A DNA stretch of 64,000 nucleotides from Thalassobaculaceae bacterium (GCA_965243345.1 CBDEUR010000003.1:3987607-4051606); one strand, 5' to 3'. Numbered from the stretch's first letter, positions 1 through 10,151 are shown. Notes: generated from the letters alone by a model not told the origin. Numbers and translations: made by a program.

Positions 1-1075
1 CGATCGCGAGAGCGTGGGGATCATCGACCAGACGCGCCTGCCGCACGCGTTCGCGACCTGCCGGCTGGCGAGCCTTGGGGACGCGGCGACGGCCATCAGC
101 ACCATGCAGGTGCGCGGGGCACCGCTGATCGGTGCAACCGCCGCCTACGGAATGTGGCTCGCGATACGCGACGATCCCTCCGACGAGGGCGTGGCACGGG
201 CTCGGTCATGCCTGCTTGCGACCCGCCCGACGGCGGTCAACCTGCGCTGGGCGCTCGATCGGGTCGCCGGCGCCCTCGCCCGGTGCCCGGTGCAGGACCG
301 TGCCGATACCGCCCTTGCCCGTGCCGGCGAGATCGTGGAGGAGGACGTGACCATCAACCGGCGCATCGGCGAGGCGGCGCTGCCGCTCATCAGCCGCATT
401 GCCGAGCGGCGTGACGGCGGCCCGGTCAACGTGCTCACCCACTGCAACGCCGGGTGGCTCGCGACCGTGGACTGGGGGACGGCCACGGCTCCGATCTACA
501 TGGCGCACGACGCCGGGGTCCCGGTGCATGTCTGGGTCGACGAGACCCGCCCCCGCAACCAGGGGGCAGGCCTGACGGCGTGGGAACTCGCCAATCACGG
601 TGTGCCCCATACCGTGATCGTCGACAATGCAGCCGGTCACTACATGAGCCGCGGCGAGGTCGACCTGGTACTGACCGGCGTTGACCGGGCCACGGCGACG
701 GGCGATATCTGCAACAAGATCGGAACCTACCAGAAGGCGCTTGCCGCAAAGGATACCGGGGTGCCGTTCTACGCGGCGCTTCCATCGCCCACGATCGACT
801 GGACGATCCGCGATGCGATGACGGAGATTCCGATCGAGGAACGCGGCGCGGAAGAGGTGACGCGGTTGACAGGCAGGCTCGATGACGGGACCGTGGCAAC
901 GATCACCATCACCCCGCCCGGGACCAGGGCAGCGAACCCGGCGTTCGACGTCACGCCGGCCCGCCTGCTTGCCGGACTGGTTACCGAACGCGGGATTGCA
1001 CAGGCGTCGGAGCGGGGACTGCTGGCGCTGTTCCCGGAACGCCAGAACACCGGGGACCAGGAGGGAGCGACATGA
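1..1075 (+). CDS. mtnA: methylthioribose-1-phosphate isomerase (5' end outside window)
   Basis: The frame is open from the window edge. IIDQTRLPH...MQVRGAPLIGATAAYG...TGVDR...NKIGTY is typical of the MtnA/eIF-2B-related family. Confidence 0.8.
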   Translation, partial: DRESVGIIDQTRLPHAFATCRLASLGDAATAISTMQVRGAPLIGATAAYGMWLAIRDDPSDEGVARARSCLLATRPTAVNLRWALDRVAGALARCPVQDRADTALARAGEIVEEDVTINRRIGEAALPLISRIAERRDGGPVNVLTHCNAGWLATVDWGTATAPIYMAHDAGVPVHVWVDETRPRNQGAGLTAWELANHGVPHTVIVDNAAGHYMSRGEVDLVLTGVDRATATGDICNKIGTYQKALAAKDTGVPFYAALPSPTIDWTIRDAMTEIPIEERGAEEVTRLTGRLDDGTVATITITPPGTRAANPAFDVTPARLLAGLVTERGIAQASERGLLALFPERQNTGDQEGAT

Positions 1076-2394
1076 ACCGAGCCGGAGCAAACGCGGATCT
1101 CGAATCTGCCTACCGTGACGCCGAACAGCAGTTCCGGGCACGCAATCCGAACAGTGAGCGCATGCACGAGAACGCGGCCCGGGTCATGCCCGGCGGCAAC
1201 ACCAGGAGCGTCCTGCACTACGCCCCGTTTCCGCTGACCTTTGCGAAGGGCACCGGGGCACGGCTGGTCGACGTGGACGGGCACGAGCTTCTCGACTTCC
1301 TCGGCGAGTATACCGCCGGCATCTTCGGCCACGACGATCCGGTGATCCGCGGCGCCATCGAGACCGCGGTATCGGACGGGATCGTGCTCGGCGGTCCCAA
1401 CCTGATGGAGGCGCGGCTTGCCCGGGCGATTGTCGACCGGTTCCCGGCGATCGAGCTGGTCCGGTTCACCAATTCCGGCACCGAGGCCAACCTGATGGCG
1501 CTGGGCGCCGCCCGGGCCAGTACCGGGCGAACGCGGATCGTGGGCATGCAGGGCGGCTACCACGGCGGAGTGCTGTTCCTCGCGGCTCCCTCCCCGATCA
1601 ACGCCCCCTTCGAGTTCACCCTGCTGCCCTACAACGAGCCGGACGCCGCCCGCGACCTGCTGCGGCGGGAGGGCGACAGTATCGCCTGCGTGATCGTTGA
1701 ACCCATGATGGGATCGTCGGGATGCATCCCGGCGACGCGCGAGTTCCTCGAGGTCCTGCGCGAGGAGACCGCCGCGACCGGAACCCTGCTCATCCTCGAC
1801 GAGGTGATGACCTCGCGTCTCGGCCCGGGCGGACTGCATGGCGAACACGGGATCACGCCGGACCTGGTGACGCTGGGCAAGTACCTGGGCGGCGGGCTCA
1901 GCTTCGGTGCCTTCGGCGGGCGGGCGGACATCATGCAGGGGTTCGATCCGCGCTCGCCCGGCGCGTGGCCGCATGCCGGGACCTTCAACAACAACGTCGC
2001 GAGCATGTCGGCGGGACTTGCCGGGATTACCCAGCTGTTCACGCCCGAGCGGTGCAGGGCGCTGAACAGCCTTGGCGACGGGATGCGCGACAGGCTCAAT
2101 GCCGCCATCGGCGCCCGCGGCCTGCCGATGCAGGTGACGGGACGTGGCTCGATGAGCAGCATCCACTTCACCAGCGATCCGGTGCTGCGTCCGGTCGCCG
2201 ACCCACAGCTCGATCTCAAGCGCGGCCTGCTGCACCTCGACATGATTGCGTCGGGGGTCTACATCGCCAGGCGCGCCATGCTGAACATGTCGCTGCCCAT
2301 GACCGGGGCCGATGTCGATGCGGCGGTCACCGCCTTCGAGGAGTTCCTCGACAGCCGCCGCTCCGTGCTTGCCGACGCGGTGGCCGTGGCATGA
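1072..2394 (+). CDS. class-III PLP aminotransferase (glutamate-1-semialdehyde aminomutase-like)
   Basis: 440 aa. Contains VMPGGNTRS, FTNSGTEAN and the DEVMTSR...TLGKYLGGG lysine motif. ATGA overlap with the mtnA stop. Confidence 0.85.
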   Translation: MNRAGANADLESAYRDAEQQFRARNPNSERMHENAARVMPGGNTRSVLHYAPFPLTFAKGTGARLVDVDGHELLDFLGEYTAGIFGHDDPVIRGAIETAVSDGIVLGGPNLMEARLARAIVDRFPAIELVRFTNSGTEANLMALGAARASTGRTRIVGMQGGYHGGVLFLAAPSPINAPFEFTLLPYNEPDAARDLLRREGDSIACVIVEPMMGSSGCIPATREFLEVLREETAATGTLLILDEVMTSRLGPGGLHGEHGITPDLVTLGKYLGGGLSFGAFGGRADIMQGFDPRSPGAWPHAGTFNNNVASMSAGLAGITQLFTPERCRALNSLGDGMRDRLNAAIGARGLPMQVTGRGSMSSIHFTSDPVLRPVADPQLDLKRGLLHLDMIASGVYIARRAMLNMSLPMTGADVDAAVTAFEEFLDSRRSVLADAVAVA

Positions 2395-2633
2395 TCGGTC
2401 GCAGGCTGCTGATGCTGGCGGCGCGCCGGCTCGCGGAAGATCCCAGGGTGCGGCAGAAGGCGGCCGAGACCGCGGAAGCGGCCTGGAACTCCACGGCGCC
2501 GAAGGTCGAGAACGCCGGCCGCCACGTCGCCGAGACCTTCCGCGAGACCCGCGAGGAGGTTGACCTGCTTGACGACCCGGTCGGCTTTGCCCGGCGGTTC
2601 CGGTCGAGACTGCTGCCTCCCGAGAAGGAATAG
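2391..2633 (+). CDS. small hypothetical protein (80 aa)
   Basis: ATG at 2391 overlaps the upstream TGA (ATGA). It sits in-frame inside the 1722..2633 ORF. No recognisable domain. Confidence 0.35.
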   Translation: MIGRRLLMLAARRLAEDPRVRQKAAETAEAAWNSTAPKVENAGRHVAETFRETREEVDLLDDPVGFARRFRSRLLPPEKE

Positions 2634-2657
2634 GCCCGGACGGACACGGAGAACGAC

Positions 2658-3452
2658 ATGAACAGGCTTGACGGCAAGGTTGCACTGATTTCCGGTGGAG
2701 CGCGCGGGATCGGGGCGGCGACAGCCGCCCGGATGGTCGAGGCGGGTGCACGCGTGGTGATTGGCGACGTGCTCGAAAGCCGGGGTGCGGCCACTGCGGG
2801 AGACCTCGGCGAGGCGGCGGTGTTTGCCCGGCTTGACGTGACCTCGCAGGATGACTGGGCAAGCGCGGTGCAGCTGGCACGGGACCGGTTCGGGGGACTC
2901 GACATCCTGGTCAACAACGCCGGGATGTTCATCGGCCGCGACTTCGAGACCGTCTCGCTCGACGACTGGCACCGGCTGGTCGCGGTCAACATGACAGGCG
3001 TGTGGCTCGGGACGCGGATGGCGGCGGACGCGTTGCGCGAGCGCGGTGCAGACAGTGCCCACGGCAGCGTGATCGTCAACACCGCGTCAATCGCCGGCCT
3101 GGTCGGATCGGAACTGGATGCGCTCTATTCGATGACCAAGGGTGGTGTGACCCTGTTTACCAAGTCGACCGCGCTGAACTTCGCGCGCAAGGGTGACCGG
3201 ATCCGGGTCAACTCGATCCACCCGGGGGTGATCCAGACCGACATGGGCGACCAGACCTTTGTTTCCCGCGCCGACCAGTTCGGCACCAACGATGTCGGGA
3301 AGGCACGCGAGATCGCGCTTGCCACCCACCCGATCGGCAGGTTCGGCGTTCCCGACGACATCGCCCGCGGCATCGTCTTCCTGGCGTCGGACGACGCCGG
3401 GTTCATGACCGGGTCCGCCCTGGTCGTGGACGGCGGCCTGACCGCGCGCTGA
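2658..3452 (+). CDS. SDR family oxidoreductase
   Basis: 264 aa. TGGARGIG Rossmann motif, NNAG, and the YSMTK active-site Y-x3-K. GGAGA lies upstream of the ATG. Confidence 0.85.
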   Translation: MNRLDGKVALISGGARGIGAATAARMVEAGARVVIGDVLESRGAATAGDLGEAAVFARLDVTSQDDWASAVQLARDRFGGLDILVNNAGMFIGRDFETVSLDDWHRLVAVNMTGVWLGTRMAADALRERGADSAHGSVIVNTASIAGLVGSELDALYSMTKGGVTLFTKSTALNFARKGDRIRVNSIHPGVIQTDMGDQTFVSRADQFGTNDVGKAREIALATHPIGRFGVPDDIARGIVFLASDDAGFMTGSALVVDGGLTAR

Positions 3453-3456
3453 CCGG

Positions 3457-4533
3457 TCAGGCCGGCTCCAGCGGCGCGTGCAGCCGGGTGCCGGGAACGA
3501 TGATGCCGCCCCGGTCCCCCACGGTCACCTGGCCGTAGCGCTCGGCATAGATCTCCGGCAGCGGCCTGGCTCCCGGAACGGCGAGCCACAGCCTGAGCAG
3601 GTGACGCTTGCGTTCGGGTTCCTGCCAGTCCTCGTAAGAGGTCCGGTCGTGCAGAATGGTGTGGTTGTGGACCAGCTGCATGTCGCCGGGACGGAACTCC
3701 ATGGTCATGCCGATGTCCGGATCCTCGGCGAGCGAGTCGAACAGGTCGAGCGCCTCGCGCTGTGTGTCGGTCAATGGCGGTGCGTCATCGAAGCGGGCCG
3801 CCGAGTCGATGTAGCGCCTGGCATAGATCACCGACAGGTAACCGGCGTGGTAGTTGAACACCGGGATCGCGAACCACGGCCCCTTGCCCTTCGGCATCTC
3901 GCCGCGGCGGTCGGTGGCGATCGGCTCGAACAGGGTTGCGAGCAGGTCGGGACGGCGCCGGTACATCTCGTTGTAGATGGTCATGGAACTGACCAGGGCC
4001 GAGGCGCCGCCCCGCCGGGCGGTGGCAAGACACAGCAGTCCGACCAGGTCGCAGGAGTCGGTGTGGAAGGTCTGCCGTTCCCGCGTCTGGTAGATCCGCG
4101 CGGTCGGGTCCCTGCGGACATCGCGCCCGAGGTCACGGACGTGGCCGAGCAGGTGTCCCTTGGCGTTCTGGGAGCGCGCGTTGCCGAGATGGGTGCCGAT
4201 GCCGTAGTAGGCGGCGGCTCGCTGACGCTTCGACCAGCGCTCGACAGGCAGGCCGCGCAGCAACACGAATCCCCGGCCCTCGATGACCTCGTCCCGGATG
4301 CGCGCGAGTGTCGCCTCGAGACCCGGCAGCGGGAAGTCGCGCCGCGTGATGTCGGCGATATCCATCCCGTCGGTGGCCCGGACCGCGGCCTCGATCTCGG
4401 CGATGTCGGCGTCGGAGAACCGGGTGATCCATTCGCTGCTCGTGCGCATCTCGGCACCGTACCAGGCCTGGGGCCCCTCGATCGGAGGCGGCAGGTCGGA
4501 CGGGGTCTGTTCTCGCAGGGCGGGTGATGCCAT
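3457..4533 (-). CDS. TauD/TfdA family Fe(II)/2-oxoglutarate dioxygenase
   Basis: 358 aa. FHTDSCD (HxD) and a distal NHTILHDR are typical of the TauD-like fold. Confidence 0.75.
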   Translation of the reverse strand: MASPALREQTPSDLPPPIEGPQAWYGAEMRTSSEWITRFSDADIAEIEAAVRATDGMDIADITRRDFPLPGLEATLARIRDEVIEGRGFVLLRGLPVERWSKRQRAAAYYGIGTHLGNARSQNAKGHLLGHVRDLGRDVRRDPTARIYQTRERQTFHTDSCDLVGLLCLATARRGGASALVSSMTIYNEMYRRRPDLLATLFEPIATDRRGEMPKGKGPWFAIPVFNYHAGYLSVIYARRYIDSAARFDDAPPLTDTQREALDLFDSLAEDPDIGMTMEFRPGDMQLVHNHTILHDRTSYEDWQEPERKRHLLRLWLAVPGARPLPEIYAERYGQVTVGDRGGIIVPGTRLHAPLEPA

Positions 4534-4606
4534 CGCGTGGTCTCCACTGTAGCCGGGGGCGCACTATACCCCGGGTTTCGGGAAAGTGGCCTGCCATTCC
4601 GACCGG

Positions 4607-6031
4607 TCAGCCGGGAACCCCGGCCTTGAGCAGGACAGGCCGCCAGGAAGAGCGGTCGTCAAGGCCGCGCCTGCGGCGCTGCTCGATCCATGTTGCGAGG
4701 CTGAAGTCGGGATAGAGCCTGAGCAGCATGTCGATCCGCGCGCGGATTGCGTCGCTATCGCCCAGTTCCGCGAGCGCCAGGATCAGCATCAGGTGCGGTT
4801 CCGGATCGGCCGGACGCGTGGCCAGCACCCGGTCGAGATCCGCGCGCGCCCGCTCCGGCCGGCCGGCGAGAAGGCGCAGTTCCGCGAGCCGAAGGTCCAT
4901 TGCCACCGGGTGGCGCGGATGCAGCCGCAGGGCGCGGGCGAGCGCCGCCTCCGCCTCCGCGTGTCGCTCCAGTCCGGCCATCGTGTTGGCGAGATCGAAC
5001 TGTGCGCGAAACGAGTTGGGGCCAAGTCGTGCCGCGCGAGTGCGCCATTCGAGCACGTCGTCGTGCCGGCCGGCGAGTTTCAGCAGGTCGGCCCTGATCA
5101 CGGCCGCGGCAGGGTCTGCGGGATCGCGCGCGAGCGCCCGGTCGGCTGCTGCGAGTCCGGCATTGACCAGGCCGGCGCGGTCGGTGGTGCCGCCGAAGCC
5201 GATCCAGTCGCGCCGCGCTGCCTCGAACCAGATGCGTGCCGCCTCCACCGGGATGGCGCTCCAGCCGGGATCCGCCGCCTCCGCCCCGGCAAGCTGTTCC
5301 AGGCTTGACGCCATGCTTTCACGGTCGTCCGGCACCCGGTACCAGGTCGCTTCGGCGAGCGCGACCCAGGCAGCATGGTTCCCCGGACCCGGTGGCGGCC
5401 GGGTATCCTCGTCGCCATCAAGTTCGGAAACCAGGTCGTTCACCAGCTCCCGCGGCAGCTCATGAAGCCCCGCCTGCCCGAGTACAACGGTCCGGGCCCA
5501 GTCGGCCTCGCCGGTGAACGCGTCGATGATCTGCACGTGCGCCCGCATGCCGGTCTTGGACTGGGCCAGAATCGTTGTCACCAGGTTTGCCACGCCGAGT
5601 GCCTCCGCCGTGACCTTGATGCGGAACTGTCCGCCGCGAAGCCGACCGGCGGTCTCCGGTGCGATCACGAACAGGTCCGGGTTGCGGGCAAGCGTTGCCG
5701 TCAGCACGGCCGTGAGCTGGCGTGCGTCGATCACATCGGACGAACGGGTGCTGGCGGGGGCGACCGGCAGCACCACCACGGACGGGCGCTCGGGCAGCGG
5801 CAGCTGCAATGCGGCCCGGTCGGCCCGGTCCGGCGGGTGGTCGACGAAGTCCCGGTACCAGGTCCAGGTGATGGCTGCACCCAGCAACACGACGCCGATT
5901 CCGCTCAACAGGGTCAGCAGCGGCCAGCGGCGTTGCCAGCCGGTACGCGGCTGCTCGGGGGGCGGCGGTTCCCAGATCGCCATCAGTCCTGCCGGTTTCG
6001 ATCGCGGAGCATCGCCACCCCGCTCAGTCAA
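4607..6031 (-). CDS. membrane-anchored TPR-repeat protein
   Basis: One N-terminal TM helix (WPLLTLLSGIGVVLLGAAITW), then a periplasmic-type domain and Ala/Leu/Arg-rich TPR-like repeats. An alternative start is at 5983. Confidence 0.6.
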   Translation of the reverse strand: MTERGGDAPRSKPAGLMAIWEPPPPEQPRTGWQRRWPLLTLLSGIGVVLLGAAITWTWYRDFVDHPPDRADRAALQLPLPERPSVVVLPVAPASTRSSDVIDARQLTAVLTATLARNPDLFVIAPETAGRLRGGQFRIKVTAEALGVANLVTTILAQSKTGMRAHVQIIDAFTGEADWARTVVLGQAGLHELPRELVNDLVSELDGDEDTRPPPGPGNHAAWVALAEATWYRVPDDRESMASSLEQLAGAEAADPGWSAIPVEAARIWFEAARRDWIGFGGTTDRAGLVNAGLAAADRALARDPADPAAAVIRADLLKLAGRHDDVLEWRTRAARLGPNSFRAQFDLANTMAGLERHAEAEAALARALRLHPRHPVAMDLRLAELRLLAGRPERARADLDRVLATRPADPEPHLMLILALAELGDSDAIRARIDMLLRLYPDFSLATWIEQRRRRGLDDRSSWRPVLLKAGVPG

Positions 6032-7256
6032 TCAGCGACTGGTAGACCAGGACCCTGAGCTCCCGGCGGATCGGGTAGCTCGACGACGGGATCAGCTGGG
6101 TCAGGAACACCACGGTCAGTTCCTCCGCCGGGTCGATCCAGAATGCGGTACTCGCCATCCCGCCCCATGCGAACTCGCCGGGCGAGCCGGGTATCTGGGC
6201 GTGCACCGGATCGAGCAGCACCGCGCCGCCCAGCCCGAAGCCGATGCCGTTCATCGGCATCTCGCTGAAGACCGACTGTCCCATCGAGGCCATGTCACCG
6301 GGCAGGTGGTTCATCTGCATGAACTCGACCGTCTTGCGCCCCAGGATCCGGGCGTCGTCGAGCGTGCCGCCGCGGCGGAGCATCTCGAGGAAGCGGAGGT
6401 AGTCGGCCATCGACGAGACCAGTCCGCCGCCGCCGGAATACAGGCTGACCGGTTCGCGAAACCGGCTGTCCCCGGCGTCCTCCACCAGCTTGAGCGGGTC
6501 CTCCGCGGCCAGGGTGTAGAGCGAGCAGAACCGGTCCAGCCGGTCGTCGGGAACACCGAAGAAGGTGTCCGGCATGCCGAGGGGCTCAAAGATCCGTTCC
6601 CGGAACACCTGGTCCAGCGGGCGCCCGGCGACCACCTCGACGACCCGGCCGAGCACGTCGGTCGACACCCCGTAGTTCCAGCGGGTTCCGGGATGAAAGC
6701 ACAGCGGCACGGCGGCCAGTCGTGCGACCACGCTGGCCAGGCACTCGTCGGTCCCGGAGAAGTCGGCGCGGGCGCGCCGCATCGCCCGTCCGACCGGGGT
6801 CGGATCGAACAGCCCGTAGGTCAGGCCCGAGGTGTGGGTCATCAGCTGGCGCACCGTGACCGGTGTCTCGGCATCGACCAGTTCCATGTTCTCGAACGGT
6901 CCGCCGACGTAGACCTTGCGTTCGGCGAGTTCGGGGAGGATTTCCTCGACCGGCGCATCGAGCATGAGGCGGCCTTCCTCGAACAGCGTCATGGCTGCCA
7001 CCGTGGTCACCGGCTTGGTCATGGAATAGATGCGGTACAAGCCGTCCTGGAGCGCCGGCAGGCGGCGGGCGATGTCACGCTGGCCGTAGAGATCGGCATG
7101 GGCAAGCCTGCCGCGGCGCAGCACCGCGACGGCGGCGAACGGCAGCTTGCCCGCGTCGACGTAGCTGCGCATCCACGGGCCGATGCGGGCGAGCCGGTTC
7201 CTGCACAGGCCGAGTTCCTCGGGTCTGGCAACGGGATCGAGACTGTCGAGGGGCAT
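6024..7256 (-). CDS. serine hydrolase, beta-lactamase/esterase family
   Basis: S-x-x-K motif (YSMTKP) plus class-C beta-lactamase-like flanks. I chose the start at ATG 7256 (MPLDSL...); the ORF stays open to 7301. Confidence 0.8.
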   Translation of the reverse strand: MPLDSLDPVARPEELGLCRNRLARIGPWMRSYVDAGKLPFAAVAVLRRGRLAHADLYGQRDIARRLPALQDGLYRIYSMTKPVTTVAAMTLFEEGRLMLDAPVEEILPELAERKVYVGGPFENMELVDAETPVTVRQLMTHTSGLTYGLFDPTPVGRAMRRARADFSGTDECLASVVARLAAVPLCFHPGTRWNYGVSTDVLGRVVEVVAGRPLDQVFRERIFEPLGMPDTFFGVPDDRLDRFCSLYTLAAEDPLKLVEDAGDSRFREPVSLYSGGGGLVSSMADYLRFLEMLRRGGTLDDARILGRKTVEFMQMNHLPGDMASMGQSVFSEMPMNGIGFGLGGAVLLDPVHAQIPGSPGEFAWGGMASTAFWIDPAEELTVVFLTQLIPSSSYPIRRELRVLVYQSLID

Positions 7257-7331
7257 TGCCGCATCTCCTGGTGAGCGCATGGACCGGCAGTGCCGGGGCA
7301 CTTGCCTTCCGGTTCCGTCCTATGCCACAGC

Positions 7332-7892
7332 ATGCCGATGCGAGGCTATTTCGGAATCGGTGTCGAGGGTATCAGCAAGCCGATGAACTTCGGCGCGGTG
7401 ATGCGAACCGCGCACGCATTCGGCGCCAGTTTCGCGTTCACCGTCGGCGACGCCCTGCCGGCGCGCGAGATCGGACAGTCCGATACCTCGCACGCGGCCG
7501 GCAGCCTGCCGTTCTACGCGTTCCGGCAGGCCTGCGACCTCCTGCTGCCGCGCGGCTGCGCCCTGGTGGGAGTGGAAATCACCGAAGACGCGATCGAACT
7601 GCCGAGTTTCCGCCACCCGCGCCGCGCCGCGTACGTGCTCGGTCCGGAACGCGGCGCACTGTCGCGGGCCATGCTCGCACGCTGCGACCACGTGGTCCGC
7701 ATCCCGCTCGGCTTCGCGATCAACGTCGGGCTTGCCGGAGCCCTGGTCATGTACGACAGGATGATCACGCTGGGGCGGTTCGCGCCGCGGCCGGTCTCCG
7801 CCGGCGGTCCGGTCGAACCGCTGACGGCACCCGAGTTCGGACCGCCGGCCTGGGTGCGCAAGCAGGCTCGCTCCGGGGCCGTGGAGACATGA
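7332..7892 (+). CDS. SpoU/TrmH-family RNA 2'-O-methyltransferase
   Basis: MPMRGYFGIGVEGISKPMNFGAVMRTAHAFGA...LGPERGALS...VRIP is a SpoU methylase signature. Internal ATG of the 7290 ORF. Confidence 0.8.
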   Translation: MPMRGYFGIGVEGISKPMNFGAVMRTAHAFGASFAFTVGDALPAREIGQSDTSHAAGSLPFYAFRQACDLLLPRGCALVGVEITEDAIELPSFRHPRRAAYVLGPERGALSRAMLARCDHVVRIPLGFAINVGLAGALVMYDRMITLGRFAPRPVSAGGPVEPLTAPEFGPPAWVRKQARSGAVET

Positions 7893-8686
7893 ACCCGTTC
7901 GCCGAACTCTTCGCCGCCGAACGAGGAGCGGAGCGGATTGCGCGGCGGCTGGCGCGAAGCGGGCTCTGTTCGCGGCGCGACGCCGAGCGATGGATCGCGG
8001 CCGGACGGGTCAGGGTCGACGGCCGAACGCTCGATCATCCGGCGGTGACGGTCGATGCGTCGAGCCGCATCCTCGTCGACGGCAAGCCGGTTCCCCCGAT
8101 CGAGCGGCCGCGGCTGTGGCGTTACCACAAGCCCGCCGGCCGCATCACCAGCACCAGCGATCCGCAGGGGCGCCGCACCGTCTTTGCCGACCTTCCGGCG
8201 GACCTTCCCCGGGTGATGACGGTCGGCCGGCTCGACCTCGCGTCGGAAGGCCTGCTGCTGCTGACCAATGACGGCGGCCTGGCGCGGTTGCTCGAACTTC
8301 CCTCCACCGGCTGGGTGCGTCGCTACCGGGTCAGGGTGCACGGCCGGCCGGAGCCTGCGCGGCTTGACGCGATCGCGCGCGGGGTCACCATCGAGGGCAT
8401 CACCTACGGACCGGCCGACATCAGCCTCGATCACCAGGGACCGAGCAACGCCTGGCTCACCGTCGGACTGCGCGAGGGCAGGAACCGGGAGGTGCGCCGG
8501 CTGCTGGAGCATGCCGACCTTGCCGTGAACAGGCTGATCCGGATCTCCTACGGTCCGTTCCAGCTGGGGACCCTGCCGGCGGCGGCGGTGAGCGAGGTCA
8601 GGCAGCGGGTCCTTCGCGAACAGCTCGGTGCGGGCAGGCCGCAGGACCGGGATGCGGATCGTCGCCGGAAGCAGGCGCGGCGCTAG
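7889..8686 (+). CDS. pseudouridine synthase, RsuA/RluB family
   Basis: N-terminal S4 domain (RIARRLARSGLCSRRDAERWI), the catalytic VGRLD motif and a basic C-terminal tail. The ATG overlaps the upstream TGA. Confidence 0.85.
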   Translation: MNPFAELFAAERGAERIARRLARSGLCSRRDAERWIAAGRVRVDGRTLDHPAVTVDASSRILVDGKPVPPIERPRLWRYHKPAGRITSTSDPQGRRTVFADLPADLPRVMTVGRLDLASEGLLLLTNDGGLARLLELPSTGWVRRYRVRVHGRPEPARLDAIARGVTIEGITYGPADISLDHQGPSNAWLTVGLREGRNREVRRLLEHADLAVNRLIRISYGPFQLGTLPAAAVSEVRQRVLREQLGAGRPQDRDADRRRKQARR

Positions 8687-9248
8687 ACTGGCGTCGCTTG
8701 CCGGCCGCGGGACGCGGCCGACGGCGTCGCGAACCCGTACGGCGGCGTTCGACCTGCTGGACGGCGGACGGTTCGGCCAGCCCTATTCCGGGCGTCTCGT
8801 GGTGGACGGCTTTGCCGGGACCGGCGCCCTCGGCCTCGAGGCGCTCTCGCGCGGTGCCGCCCATGCGGTGTTCATCGAATCCGAACCGGCGGCGCGGCGC
8901 GTGCTTGCGCGCAACATCCGCAGCCTGGGGTTCGAGGAGCAGGCCACTGTCATTGCAGCGGATGCGACCCGGCTTGGCACCACGGCCGCCGGCGTTGCCG
9001 GGCTGGTGTTGCTCGATCCACCCTACGGCAGCGGCCTTGCAACACCCTGTCTCGCAGCACTGCGCCGCTGCGGCTGGATCGGTGCGGACACCGTCGTCGT
9101 GATCGAGACCGCGCGCCGACACCCGGTTGCATTGCCCGACTGGCTCGAACTGGTCGATGACCGGGCGCACGGAGCCGCCCGGCTGCAGGTCGCCCGGCCG
9201 CTACCCCAGGCTTGCCAGCCAGTCCTCGATCAGCCGGCGCGCGATTGA
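8652..9248 (+). CDS. rsmD: 16S rRNA (guanine966-N2)-methyltransferase
   Basis: MRIVAGSRRGARL start, SAM-binding FAGTGALGLEALSRGA, and the LLDPPY motif. Confidence 0.8.
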   Translation: MRIVAGSRRGARLASLAGRGTRPTASRTRTAAFDLLDGGRFGQPYSGRLVVDGFAGTGALGLEALSRGAAHAVFIESEPAARRVLARNIRSLGFEEQATVIAADATRLGTTAAGVAGLVLLDPPYGSGLATPCLAALRRCGWIGADTVVVIETARRHPVALPDWLELVDDRAHGAARLQVARPLPQACQPVLDQPARD

Positions 9249-10151
9249 ATCGTGCCGCGGCAGGCTGTTGCCGAGCTCGTGGAACCGGCAGAGCTCGTCA
9301 CGGGTGAACCACCGGGCGTCCTCGACCTCGTCGTCGTTGCGCGTAATCCGGGTTGTGCGGGCGCGGGCCTCGAACCCGAGCATGATCGAGGCCGGGAACG
9401 GCCAGGGTTGCGAGGAGTGGTAGCGCACGTCCTCGACCTCGATGTCGGTTTCCTCCCGGACCTCGCGGGCAACCGCTTCTTCCAGGGTCTCGCCCGGCTC
9501 GACGAACCCGGCGAGCGTGGAGTACATGCCGGGCTTCCAGACCCGCTGGCGGCCGAGCAGCGCTCTCTCCCCGTCATGCACCAGCATGATCACTGCCGGG
9601 TCGGTCCGCGGAAAGGTCGATGCGCCGCAGGCCGGGTCGGTGCAGTCGCGCTGGTGTCCGCCCTTGATCGAACGGGTCGGGGCGCCGCACACGCCGCAGT
9701 GACGGTGCCTCTGGTGCCAGTACATGAGCCCGCGGGCGTAGGCGAGCAGGGACCCGTCGAATCGACCGAGCAGCGGACCGACAGCCCGCAGGTCGGCGAA
9801 CTCGCCGTGCCCGGAGAACAGGGTCGAGGACTGCTCCTCGCCGAGACCGGATACGTCGAGCCCGATATGGGCGATGCCGTCCTTCTCACCGAGGAAGACC
9901 GCAACCTCGGCCCGGGCCACCAGGCCGGAGTGCGCGGCGGCCTCGAGCCATGCCGCGCGCAGGTCGCCGCCCGGACCGGCCTGGACCAGCGACCGTGACC
10001 GCCAGACCGGGACAAGCCGGGTACCGGCGCGCCCGAGCAGGGTCTCGAGCCAGTCCTCTCCCTCGCGCAGGTGTGCCGAACGCTCGAGCCCGCCGAACCC
10101 GTAGGCTGCAGGACGCCGCGAAATCAGGTGAAGCGGATAGCCGTCGGACAT
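9201..10151 (-). CDS. nudC: NAD(+) diphosphatase (Nudix)
   Basis: 316 aa. Zinc ribbon CGVCGAPT...C..PAC and Nudix box GFVEPGETLEEAVAREVREET. Confidence 0.85.
   Translation of the reverse strand: MSDGYPLHLISRRPAAYGFGGLERSAHLREGEDWLETLLGRAGTRLVPVWRSRSLVQAGPGGDLRAAWLEAAAHSGLVARAEVAVFLGEKDGIAHIGLDVSGLGEEQSSTLFSGHGEFADLRAVGPLLGRFDGSLLAYARGLMYWHQRHRHCGVCGAPTRSIKGGHQRDCTDPACGASTFPRTDPAVIMLVHDGERALLGRQRVWKPGMYSTLAGFVEPGETLEEAVAREVREETDIEVEDVRYHSSQPWPFPASIMLGFEARARTTRITRNDDEVEDARWFTRDELCRFHELGNSLPRHDSIARRLIEDWLASLG

Noticed and set aside
769-2880. A 703-aa minus-strand ORF. Similar long ORFs lie antisense to real genes: 5514..7274 +, 17105..18754 -, 19119..20417 -, 23737..25188 -, 26159..27913 -, 30168..31865 +, 32353..33966 +, 33008..34807 +, 34542..36767 +, 44870..46372 -.
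   Set aside because: These are typical shadow ORFs of a >65% GC genome. They are Arg/Pro/Gly/Ala-rich and low in complexity, with no recognisable motifs. Each lies opposite a gene that has clear family signatures, for example groEL, hipA, the Liv permeases and the acyl-CoA ligase.
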